Assembly (NCBI GenBank): GCA_010093605.1
Contig: MU004190.1
Location: 1,881,599-1,945,598 of the forward strand
Origin: Lophium mytilinum
Lineage: Eukaryota
Direction of reading: 5' to 3'
DNA length: 64,000 nucleotides
Shown: positions 12,012 to 23,094 of the stretch, in pieces
Layout: every line of letters starts with the position of its first letter
How positions within the stretch are numbered: the stretch's first letter is position 1
Translations under genes and position numbers: made by a program
The notes under the pieces: generated by a model
Told to the model about the DNA's origin: nothing
Databases searched by the model: none
What the model saw: only the letters and a program-made list of their open reading frames with translations

Positions 12012-12289
12012 GGTGAGAGACCGATCTGAGCTTTGCTGCCGAGACGTCAGGGAAGGTAAGTGGTTGTGGGATCCCCGTTTCGAGGGCTGTGTTATGATGC
12101 TGAGTTGTTAGTCCTGATTAGGTGAGATTTGTGCGGAGGGAGAAATTAGGGTAACGTTGTTGATAGACTGTCGGTTGCCCGGTGACTACGGAGCGGCGAT
12201 ACAAGTCAAGACTTCTACACTTCTGCTGTGCCTCGCCGCCCACCCCGCCCCTCGGGTGAAGTTGGAGGGCCTGCCATATAGTCTGGCAG

Positions 12290-12572
12290 TGTCGATAAGA
12301 CTGTCATTTAACAGTTTGCCTGCTCAACGGCCAGGCTACCCCCAACAGTTGTGTTAAGTAGGCAAAATCAGGGCAAAGCAGAAATAACTCCATGTGCCCG
12401 CACTTATAGCCCAGTACTGTAGATGTCAAAGTTTAAGGAGTAGAGATTAGTCTGCTTTTTAATTAATTGCCTGCTCAGCCGCCAGGCTACCTCTAATAGT
12501 GGTGCTAAGAGGGCAAGTCGGAGTAGAACTGTATTAAGTCTGTGCGCCCATATATGTGGCCCAAGACTGTAC
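12290..12572 (-). repeat. Tandem array 3 of the ~151-bp repeat (~1.8 copies)
   Basis: TTGCCTGCTCA...GCCAGGCTACC at 12316 and 12467 (151 bp apart). GATGTCAAA...GAGATTAGTCTGCTTTTTAA matches the reverse complement of array 1. Confidence 0.8.
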
Positions 12573-12582
12573 CGCTGCAGTA

Positions 12583-13267
12583 CCGTATGGCGTTTCCCTA
12601 GATCCCTAACACAGAATCAGCATCGAGCCAGCAGCCTCTCTACAGTAAAACAATGTTGCAGCTAATTTTACATATGTGCCATGTTCCAATGGAGGCAAAG
12701 TAGCACCTAACATGGAGTTACTACTCTAACTTGGAGTTTTTCCAAACATGAATAATTAATCCGAACATAAACGGTTTTTCCGAACAGCGCCCCAACAGCG
12801 GCTGGGCAGCACGGCACACAGGTATGCATGCCACTGTCCACCACCCTACCATGCGCAATAGCTCGCGCAATATGCTGCGAAATGTAGGATACGTCTAGGT
12901 AAACTTTCTTTGCTAGGAATTAATATAGTATTCTTATTTTAATAGCGTTGCTACTTTCTAAGAGCAACCTCTAGCGAAATCTCTAATAATACGTGAGACT
13001 GCTAGTAGCATGCTAACCCCGAATTTACGCCAAACATGGAATTTTGCTGAACATGAAGTTATAATACAACAGACTCGCACAGCGGACCTAGAATTATATA
13101 GAGAATATATAATTAGGTAAACTATGCAGTTACATTTAACAAAGTTAAATAGAATATGGCGTCTACACAGTATTGTACCTAAAAGTAAGTAGATACGTGA
13201 TTCGGCGCGGATATACTTTCAACTCCGTGCCAACCCCTAGTTCAGGATCTAGGGAAACGCCATACGG
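12583..13267. mobile_element. Non-autonomous Tc1/mariner-type element (MITE), TA target duplication
   Basis: Perfect 23-bp TIR CCGTATGGCGTTTCCCTAGATCC at both ends, flanked by TA at 12581-12582 and 13268-13269. AT/TA-rich interior, no transposase. Confidence 0.85.
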
Positions 13268-13563
13268 TATATTACGTGACTTCGGACCAGCGTTGAAGAT
13301 AGTATCGGATCCCAGCAATCCGAACACTACTGTGCTCCCAACTATGGATCCGAAGATGACGCATCCACCTTACTCATCCGACTGCTCGGATCCCGACCGG
13401 ACCGAACTTTACGTCAACGGTTACACCTACTTGTTAGCTGGTCCGATCGGTGACACTGGCTTCTTGCTGACAGGGAACGGGTTTGTACGACCTCCTAGCA
13501 ATTCCCGTATCGATTAAAAGACAAATCCAAGACTGCTCGAATTAACAACTTCGCGTCGAAACT

Positions 13564-15950
13564 ATGATAACCACAAAGAAGCCACGAACTCTCTATGAGA
13601 AAATCTTCGATGACCATGTTGTCGTAGAGCGAGATGATGGCACAGTCCTGCTCTATATCGACCGCCATCTGATCCACGAAGTCACTTCCCCAGTACGGAA
13701 ACTCAAATATGCCCTCGAATTTTCAGATACTAGTCTGACTCTTCCACATAGCAAGCTTTCAACGGTTTAGCTTCTCGATCGCTCCCTGTCCGCCAACCCA
13801 CCCTCCAGCTCGCCACCTCCGATCACAACGTTCCCACCACCCCGCGCCCCTATCCCGTGTCCCCGTCCACATACCTCCGCCTCCCCGCCTCACGGCTCCA
13901 GGTCCAAACCCTTGAACGCAACGTCCGGACGCACAAGATCCCCTACCTAGGGCTGAACTCCCGTCGGCAGGGAATCGTGCACGTGATAGGTCCAGAGCTG
14001 GGATTCACGCTCCCCGGTACCACCATCGTGTGCGGAGATAGCCATACAAGTACCCATGGCGCATTTGGAGCACTAGCATGGGGCATTGGTACAAGCGAGG
14101 TGGAGCATGTGTTTGCGACGCAGACGGTCGTGGTGACGAGGTGGGGAAACATGAGAGTTGAAGTAGGCGGGGCTTTAGCAGGAGGTGTAAGCAGTAAAGA
14201 CCTGATGATGCATATCATTGGGACGATAGGTGTGTGCCATTGTAGACCCGTGACTTAAGTGAAGCTGACCGAATGCCCAGGCACGGCGGGGGGCACGGGA
14301 ATGGTGATTGAATTCGCCGGCCCCGTGATCCGAAATATGAGTATGGAGAGTCGGATGGCGCTATGCAATATGTCCATCGAGGCAGGGGCTCGAGCTGGAT
14401 TGATAGCGCCGGATGAGATGACATTCGAGTACGTGAAGGGACGACCTCTGGCACCGACCGGTCCACAGTGGAAGGACGCACTGAAATACTGGAAGCACCT
14501 CTATTCAGATCCTGGAGCCCTTTTTGATAAGACAGTGCGGATTGATGCCACAGCGGTGATGCCCACGGTCACATGGGGCACCTCTCCGGAACAGGTCGTG
14601 TCAATCACCGGCTCGGTTCCAGCTCCAGAAGACTTCGAAGACCTGGTAAAACAAGAGAGTTGCCGGCAGGCGTTGAAATACATGGGCCTAGAAGCCGGCA
14701 CGAAAATGACAGACATCACAGTCGACAAAGTCTTCATAGGCTCATGCACCAACGCTCGACTGGAAGACTTTCGCATCGCCGCTCAGATCGTTCGTGGGAA
14801 GCGGATATCGCCCAATCTCAAACTCGCTCTTGCTGTTCCGGGGTCTGGGGCAGTGAAAAGGGCTGCGGAGTGCGAAGGAATTGATACTATTTTCAAGCAA
14901 GCTGGATTCCAGTGGCGAGAAGCGGGGTGTAGCTTATGCGTGGGCTTGAATGAGGACGCGTTACTGCCCTTCGAACGATGCGCGAGTACGAGTAATCGGA
15001 ATTTTGAGAGCCGCCAAGGAACGGCGGGCAGAACGCATTTAGTTTCTCCAGCGGTCGCCGCTGCGACTGCGATTCGTGGCACGCTGGCTGATGTGCGTCT
15101 TGAAACCACAATGCGATCGGAGGAGGTCTTCGAGGCAATATATGCGTCCGAGAGCGAAGAAGAAGTCGAGAGCGGAAGTGAGGTAAGCGATCCGGAAGTT
15201 AACGCCATTGGCGAACCTAGCGCAGCTCCAGTGGCACGAGGATTGCAGACATCAGCATACTCCACTACTATTCGTGGCAGTGTCGCCATCATCGAGCGCT
15301 CGAATATCGACACAGACGCCATCTTCCCGAAGCAGTTCTGCACCACTATCGAACGTAAAGGACTGGGCGATTGCCTGTTCCAGAATCTCCGCTACTACCC
15401 TGACGGGAAACCTAAAGCGGACTTCATTCTGAACCAGAAGGACCACCGTAACGCTAGTTTCCTGTTAGCCACAGGCCCAAACTTCGGCTGTGGCAGCTCT
15501 CGGGAGCATGCTGTCTGGGCGCTGCAGGATTTCGGGTTCCAGTGCATCTTTGCACCCAGCTTCGCCGATATCTTCTACAACAATTCATTCAAGAATGGGC
15601 TTCTTTTAGTGAAGTTAGACGCCGTACTGATAGCTCGAGTTGTCGAAGCGGTTGGACTGGGACAACAAGTCCAAGTCAATCTTGCTGATCAGGTGTTATT
15701 GGACGAGAGTGGTTCTATGATTGGAAGATTTGATATTGAAAAACACCGGAAGAAAGAACTGATTGACGGCATAGGGGAGATTGAGGTCAGTCTAGCAACA
15801 GTCGAGAGTATTGAGAACTTCGAGAAAGATAGGGGAGCAGCACGGCCTTGGATTGATCAATCGGTGCGCGATGGGTGGAGTTCGAAGTTGGCGAGGGAGG
15901 TCAAGGGAAGGAAACAAACTCGCGCGCAGCCAACGTCTTTAGAATGGTAA
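13564..15950 (+). CDS. LEU1: 3-isopropylmalate dehydratase/isomerase-like, fused large+small subunit (divergent LEU1 paralogue)
   Basis: [68 protein letters not shown]. Introns ~13693-13751 and ~14230-14280. Confidence 0.93.
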
Positions 15951-16047
15951 TGATATTGCAGACCCTCTTTCGATGATCTTGCACAAAGAAAATATGGTTA
16001 CTGCAAAGAGCATTAGGAGAAGCGAGGGTACAGAAAGGTTTCAATAT

Positions 16048-18301
16048 TTAACGAGCGTCTAAAAAATCAAAATTGTCAAAAGAGTCTTTATCAAGTGAAG
16101 GAGTATTGAAAATGCTATCCGGCACGTCTTGAGGGAAATCGAAGTACCCCGTGGAGGGAAAAGATGAGATGTCGAGCTCAAAATTTGCATTCAAGCCAGG
16201 ATCCGTTGGGGTGGAAAGAAAGTCGTCGGAGCCTATCGACGACTCATTGGATTGGCCCGCCAGGTCCATAGCTTCTCCGGTGTTGAGTTTGCGGTGCGCC
16301 ATCAAGTAAAGCTCGCTGATATCTTCGAATAGATTCGGAGCTGCAGATTCATTGGTGCTGAGTCTTCCAAAGTACCCGCAAGCCATGCCAAGGAAAGGCA
16401 GGCAGTCCTTCCCCACTTCTTGCTTGCAAATGGAGATGAAGATTACGACGGCAGAAAGAAGCGGTATGAATATGCGGTGCCTACGGCAGATCAATAACTA
16501 AGCCTTCGGTCTGCGACGGTACGGTATCAATACTTACCAGTCTAGCTCGTGATCATCGAGGCGGAAGTAGTGTGTCCAAAGAAGTACCCCCTTTGCCAGT
16601 TCGATGCAATGGTCGCGGCTCGAAGCGTACGCCGTAGTTGCATCTGACACGACATTGTGTTCGATGACCGCCCAGCGGTGAATGGCGAAGGATGCCTCTA
16701 CATATTTCAGAAAGATGTCTGATGGAATGCATGTATCCCAAGACCGATTCTGAAAAGCTGACGAATCAAGGTTACTGTCTGGGCGGTAAGCGGCCGGTAT
16801 GGACATTCTCCACGCCTCTAGCATCTTGGAAAGCCGATCGATAGCGGCCAGAATTTCAGAGCGACTCATTCTCAGAGCTGCGTGGCTGTATAGTGTCTTA
16901 ACAATGACGGAACAGAGCCGGGCGTAACGGTAATGGACAACGTCCCAGCCTGCTCGGCTATCGTCTGTGGAAAATATAGAGTCTCGCCGCTTCGAAGGTG
17001 CAAGGAAGACAATAAGGTCGTCATCAATCATGGAATGACTGCCGAATCGTAAACTGAACGGCTTCTCAATAGAGTAGAGGAGCCAAAAGACTCGTTGGAT
17101 CTCTTGTTGCTGATTATCGTCAACTGCTGTTGAGAAAGGGCTTTTCGGAGCTTTTGAGATGAGCTCTTGAATCGTATGGATTGCTTGCGATAAGATTGAT
17201 CTCATCAATGATACATTACGGTGCTGTCTTAGATAAAGGGCTAACACCGTCAGAGCCTGTAGTTTCAAAAACGACGGTTGCCCATCTGTGAGGTCGTTGC
17301 GGTGCTGCAGTGCACGTGCGAAGTATTGGGAAGGCCAATAGATGGCTTTGGCGTGTATGGGATTGCATCGTGGAGAGTCCTTGCGAATTGCGCTGCGGCA
17401 TCCGATTGCGAGGACTCCATTGAGCAGTGTGTACTCGTCTTGATCGACAGTGCTGGACGAGGCGGCAACTGTAGCTACGATATCTTCGATGTGTTGACGC
17501 CTGACGAACGAAGGATGACCATAGCAGCTGTTGAAGAAGACATTGATGAAGTGCGTAGTTTCTGGATCTGCATATGATGGGATAGAATCCCCTTGGTTTT
17601 GAGAGTTGACAGTCTCGGGAATTCGCCGTGACTTCGTCCATGTTTGCTTTGACAAGACCGAGAGATGGTCTTTCGACGGCGGACTTTCTGAGAACCGGTC
17701 AATGAACTGCAATGGGCCTAATGATGAGAAATCGGTGCATAGATCCTCAGCCCACGACTTGCTCCACCCGTGGTCAGCCCTGACGGGAATGTCATGATCG
17801 AGCGGATGGTGGTCGTTTTCAGTCCTTGACGGGGAGTCAAATAATTGCCAACCATCTCTTTCAACTGCGAACGCGCTGGGCTCAAGGATGTCGTCCAGGA
17901 TGATATCGGGGATGCTGGGTATGTCCTGGGAGTTGCCGCTGAGGCTCGATAGACGATTGGAAGTGTTGCGCAATAGCTCCCAGCTGGCTACGTTGCGTTC
18001 GGATAGTGTCGGTGTTATGGGCTGGCTGAATCTTCTTTCTATAGTCTGCTGGGAAGTCTGGTATGAGCATATTAGTGCTGATTTCTGCGATGGAGAAAGC
18101 GTCAGCGACAGAATAAATGTCGTCGTATGTATAGAGAGGATCTTTACCATGCATTGAGAACACGTTGACGACCCGTCGCCTGCAAAGGTCAGTGAGAATC
18201 ACATAGCATTGGAACCTAAGCTTACATCTGACTTTTCGTAGCCTACAATTATGACAGGCACCTTTGCGACGTGTAATCTTACGAGCGCTTTTCCAATCCA
18301 T
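16048..18301 (-). CDS. Zn(II)2Cys6 transcription factor with fungal-specific TF domain
   Basis: Spliced N-terminus ACHNCRLRKVRCDGSSTCSQCMKSALICSY has all six Cys; downstream RVFWLLYSIEK motif. Last intron near 16480-16537. Confidence 0.88.
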
Positions 18302-19380
18302 AATAGCAAGCGATGGCAAGTAGGCGGATATGGTGGCGAGGCCTCATCTATGCCAAAAGGATGATGACACCCCCGTGTAGTCGACGAATGGGACGAACAC
18401 TTCTCAATGCTTAATGAAGTAACGAAAGAAGCATACTTAGGGTGTTTGTGAGAGTCTTGGGGGACATGGGTTCTCCAGGATGCCAAGCTGACTTTAACGA
18501 CGTGCGGGATGTAAGCAGAGAACCGAGTAGTGTCCTGGAGTAAGCGATGATGAGTAGATGCTGCACTGAGAGTAGATCTGATCCTGCAGGCTATAACATG
18601 GGGGCAGCTTGGGTCCGCAGACTAAGCTTATAGTGTTGTGTAACCCACCTACAGAATCCTGGTTGATGGAAGTCGGTCGAGAAGCTTACCCAACAATGAA
18701 ACGTATAGACGCGGAGAAGCTGTGACGGATATGTGGGTTGTAAGCCACGTAAGTCACCCCTTTTGGAGAACGGATTGGTCTGCAAACTGCTGACAGATGA
18801 AGGACTGATCTACTAGCTTATTTTAGGGTACCATACACCGACTCTTTGGAGTCGGGTTCGACCCATGTTTCTTTGTTCATGGGCCATGTTACCGAAAGAC
18901 AGTTTACAAATTGCCCCATGTCGTGCAACGTAACGCATGCTGAGGCAACAGTCTGAAGCCTGAGCAGGAGAAAGCTACCTGAAAGAGGTCAAGGTAACTC
19001 TGACAGTCGTTGTTTTCAAGGTTAAGAGCTCTATCGAATACGTATGGATAGTGGTGACCAATGGAGCCTTTGCATGGCTTCGAGCCTTCTGAGATGCAGG
19101 GAAGTCTCATAGCAGATTAAATGTCCCGCAATTGCACGATGTTGCACAAATAGAAATGGGCAAAAAGGAAAGAATCATAGGGACCGACATCATACATGTG
19201 CGGGGACTTACATATCCCAACCAATTGTAGAGAGTTCTAGGAGCGCTTCACGAATGGGGAGAACATAGCGGAGCGATTGCTTGATCGAAAAGTGCTCAGT
19301 GCTGAGAATTGACAGACAGATCGCAATTTCGAACCGTCTTTTCAAGATGGCTTAATCTAATAGGAATGATTCAAAGCATC

Positions 19381-20620
19381 CTACCTACTGATACGATCGA
19401 CAATCACGCTCCATTCATGTTCTTCAACACCATACTGCCTATGCTCGATCCAGTTTTTCATCAATGTAGCCACTTTCCCTGCGTTCTGCGTAGGAGCGAG
19501 GCCGCAATCCACCAAGTCTTCTTTCCACTTGATAGCCTTGACAGGGCTAACGACAGCAGCGGTTCCTGTGCCGAAAACTTCGACCGAACTCCCGGTCTGC
19601 GAGGCGCGAGCCACCTCCGCCATGCATATTCTACGCTCGCTGATGACCCAACCGAGTGGTTGAAGTCGTTCACGGGCGAGGCTTAAAACACAATCGCGCG
19701 TGACGCCAGGTAGAATCATGCCATCTAACGGCGGTGTGACGATTTCGAACTTGTCGTGCCCTGGAACTCGAAGTACGATAAAAAGGTTCATAGTTCCAGC
19801 TTCGGTTATGTCGTCATCATCTCCAAAAAGCCAAAGCAGTTGTTGAAACCCGCGTCCCTGAGCCGCCTTCTCCGGAGCAATACAGGGTGCGTAGTTCCCA
19901 CCAATCTTTTGATTGCCGGCCCCTCCTGGCCATGCTCGAGTGGCATACGAGCTACTCGCTGCTTCAAGCCAAATGGGTTTGAAGCCAGCAGAAAAGTAGG
20001 GTCCGACAGGGGAGGCTACCATGTAGAGAAGGGCTGAAGTAGGTGCGGAGACCCCAAGCCCACGATTCGTACCAATAAGTACTGGACGGAGATAGAGCGA
20101 ATATCCTGGGCGTATGGAGATAAACTTTGCTTCAAGCTTGACAAATTCTGCGATCAGCTTCAGTAACTCTTCAGAGTTGAACTCAGGTAGCGCTATTCTG
20201 GCTGCCGACTTGTTGAAGCGTTCGAGATTCGCATGAGGCCGAAATAGCCTAATCTGGCCCGTTGAATCCTTGTAGGCCTTCATGCCCTCGAAACATTCAA
20301 ATCCATAATGGAAAACGCAAGCAGTCGGGTCGAGAGAGATTTCCTGGTAGGGGATGATGCGCGGCCGCTGCCACCCATAGTCTGAGGTCCACTGGATTTG
20401 AAGCATGTGGTCTCGAAAACAGATTAGTGTGGCCTACAGCAACCACAATTTCGTGCTCAAGCTTACCTGTGACATGCTTTCCGAAAGCAAGGTCTTCATC
20501 GGGAGGTGCTCTAGACGGATGGGAATTCTGCGTGACTTGTAGTAAAGAGGCATCAAGTGCTGCGGGTGAAGGAAGCGTCTGGACGTACTCCGGAGAGGTG
20601 GCGAGGAGTGCTGGGGCCAT
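19381..20620 (-). CDS. Branched-chain amino acid aminotransferase (PLP class IV)
   Basis: FHYGFECFEGMKAY, LYLRP, catalytic Lys in KIGGNY, EAGTMN, ILPGVTR, GTAAVVSPV. Start MAPALLATS at 20620; intron ~20413-20467. Confidence 0.93.
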
Positions 20621-21362
20621 ACTGCGCAAGGCTACATCTACACCATAGCCGCCGTTCTTGCAAGCTTTCCATAGGCTCTTATTCCCGTGCTGGGCGACCC
20701 ATGGGACGCGGATCGAGGGTCCGACTGCCGCAAAACAAAGCGCTTGACGGTACGGTCCGTTCGGACCGCAACGGTTCGGTGGATAGGGGTACGTGCATAG
20801 CGTTGACACATAGGAACACTTTTTTTCGGCATCGCCGGAGGACGCTTGCTGCCTGCTTATGGTGGCAAGGGGTTTGGTTTTGGAAATCTGCTGTGCGACA
20901 TCGGAATTGGCGGCAAGTAAGCACGGCGGGTCCTTGCAGAAGCCCCGGGGGGGATATTGTTGGATACGGGGTGTTTTAGCGACATATGCATCGAGCACCT
21001 GCTGGTGGCGAGCCGCATTGCTCGTGAGGTGTGATGGACAGAGGAGGAGGAGAGGTCCTCACTGAGGATTTGGGGATCTCTTGGCGAGAATGAGTCAGCA
21101 GCACGTCTTCAATTAAGGTTCGTGCGTATTCTATTCTCTTTCACGCTCTAACGTCATCCAACCATCCACGCCCTTCGATTGATCCAAGGTTAGCTTATGG
21201 GCCGCCTGAAACACTGGTCCCCGCTGCATCCCGACTGACGGTGGGATGAAAGCCTCTACACTTGCCATCAGGAAGCTTCGAGCCACCTTCGAGAACTTTT
21301 TCTTACGGCAGGTTCAATTCTAAACTTCTCCCAGGATCTTTCATTGTACATATCTCTTTACG

Positions 21363-22892
21363 ATGTCTGACAGCTGCGCAGAGCTTACCGCTCTCCCATC
21401 CGTATCGCACAAGAATCCCGAGTGCCTAGATCCAACTGCCGTCCGACCTGGAAACGATACAATTGGAAATGAAGATGGCTTAGTATCAAAGGAGGTCATC
21501 GGCGATGAGCCCGATGCGATCGAACAAGTCTCCGAGTCACACTCTTCCCATGGCCAAGAATTTTCCCTTCCTCCTGTCGATGGTGGAAAAGATGCATGGC
21601 TCTTCTTGGCGGCTTGCTTCGTGGTTGAGGCTCTTGTCTGGGGTATGTCAAACCCACTTCCACGCTCATGCCACGGTTCTAACGAAAATCCTAGGTTTTC
21701 CCTTTTCGTACGGTGTATTCCAAGACTACTATTCAACCCACGAGCCGTTCCAAGGGTCGAGCAATATCGCCGTGATCGGCACTTGCGCAATGGTGAGCAG
21801 GACACCAAAAGGCCCAGGGCCATTACTAAAGTTCACCAGGGCATCATGTATCTCGACTTGCCCATCGTGTTCGCCATTCTTCGCCGTTGGCCACGTTCTC
21901 AACGTTACGCGACTGTAGGCGGCCTGCTCGTTATGTGCCTAGCTCTCGCTCTCAGTGCCTTCTCAACCAACACCAACCACCTGATTGTCACCCAAGGCGT
22001 TATTTACGCTATCGGCGGCAGCTTTGCTTACTCCCCTTGCATCCTATATATGGATGAATGGTTTGTAAGGAGGAAGGGTCTGGCTTATGGCATCATGTGG
22101 GCTGGCACCGGCCTGGCGGGCGTCGTCCTTCCGCTCTTCATGCAATGGCTGCTGAATGCATACGGCTACCGCACCACGCTCCGGGTATGGGCCATCTGCC
22201 TCTTCGTCCTGACAGCTCCGCTTCTGTACTTCGTCAAGCCCCGGATCCCGGTCGCGCAGACCCACCAGCCTCGTCCACTCGACTTCGGCTTCTGGCTCAC
22301 GTCCACATTCGGAGTGCTGCAGACCTGCAACGTCATCGAAGCACTCGGCTTCTTCCTTCCGTCGATCTACCTTCCGTCATACGCACGAAGTTTGGGCGCC
22401 TCGAGTGCTCTTGCCTCGCTGACTGTCGTTCTCTTCAACGTCGCCTCCGTCTTTGGCTGCGTGCTCATGGGCTCCATCGTCGACAAGTGGCACGTCACTA
22501 CCTGCATCCTGATCTCCACCATCGGCTCAACCATCAGCGTCTTCATCATTTGGGGGTTCTCCATGTGTCTACCACCGCTGTACATCTTCTGCCTCGTCTA
22601 CGGACTCTTCGCGGGAAGTTTCACGAGCACGTGGCCAGGGATTATGCGCGAAGTGCAGAAGAAGAAAACGAGGGCAGACCCGAGTATGGTTTTTGCGTGC
22701 CTGGCTGCTGGAAGAGGCATTGGCAATGTGGCGTCGGGCCCCTTGAGCGAGGTCTTGATTCGAGGCATGCCTTGGCGTGGAGATGTAGCCTTCGGGTACG
22801 GGAGTGGCTATGGCATACTGATCGTTTTCACAGGTATCACTGCGTTCTTCGGAGGTGCCAGCATTTTCGGAAGACGCATTGGCTGGGTATAG
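21363..22892 (+). CDS. MFS transporter, monocarboxylate porter family
   Basis: PPVDGGKDAW, WFVRRKGLAYGIMWAGTG, YLPSYARSLG and multiple TM segments. Introns ~21644-21694 and ~21793-21839. Confidence 0.9.
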   Translation: MSDSCAELTALPSVSHKNPECLDPTAVRPGNDTIGNEDGLVSKEVIGDEPDAIEQVSESHSSHGQEFSLPPVDGGKDAWLFLAACFVVEALVWGMSNPLPRSCHGSNENPRFSLFVRCIPRLLFNPRAVPRVEQYRRDRHLRNGEQDTKRPRAITKVHQGIMYLDLPIVFAILRRWPRSQRYATVGGLLVMCLALALSAFSTNTNHLIVTQGVIYAIGGSFAYSPCILYMDEWFVRRKGLAYGIMWAGTGLAGVVLPLFMQWLLNAYGYRTTLRVWAICLFVLTAPLLYFVKPRIPVAQTHQPRPLDFGFWLTSTFGVLQTCNVIEALGFFLPSIYLPSYARSLGASSALASLTVVLFNVASVFGCVLMGSIVDKWHVTTCILISTIGSTISVFIIWGFSMCLPPLYIFCLVYGLFAGSFTSTWPGIMREVQKKKTRADPSMVFACLAAGRGIGNVASGPLSEVLIRGMPWRGDVAFGYGSGYGILIVFTGITAFFGGASIFGRRIGWV

Positions 22893-23094
22893 ATTTCTAC
22901 TGACGCCCTGGACAGCCGCATTCTAGATTCAATATTTTCACGTTGGGGCAGGGAAGTAGAAGTTTCTTTCATCAAAAATTCGGCTAGGAACATCAAATGG
23001 GATAGATACCATCAAAAATCCAATATGCGGCATTCAATTTCAAGCTAAACACCAAGGATATCTTCCATATAATGTTCACAGATCTTGCTGCAGT

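Noticed and set aside
22058..22903. 281-aa overlapping ORF, and similar alternate-frame or antisense ORFs over the WD40, ADH, isomerase and BVMO genes
   Set aside because: Shadow ORFs caused by GC3 codon bias; no recognisable motifs.
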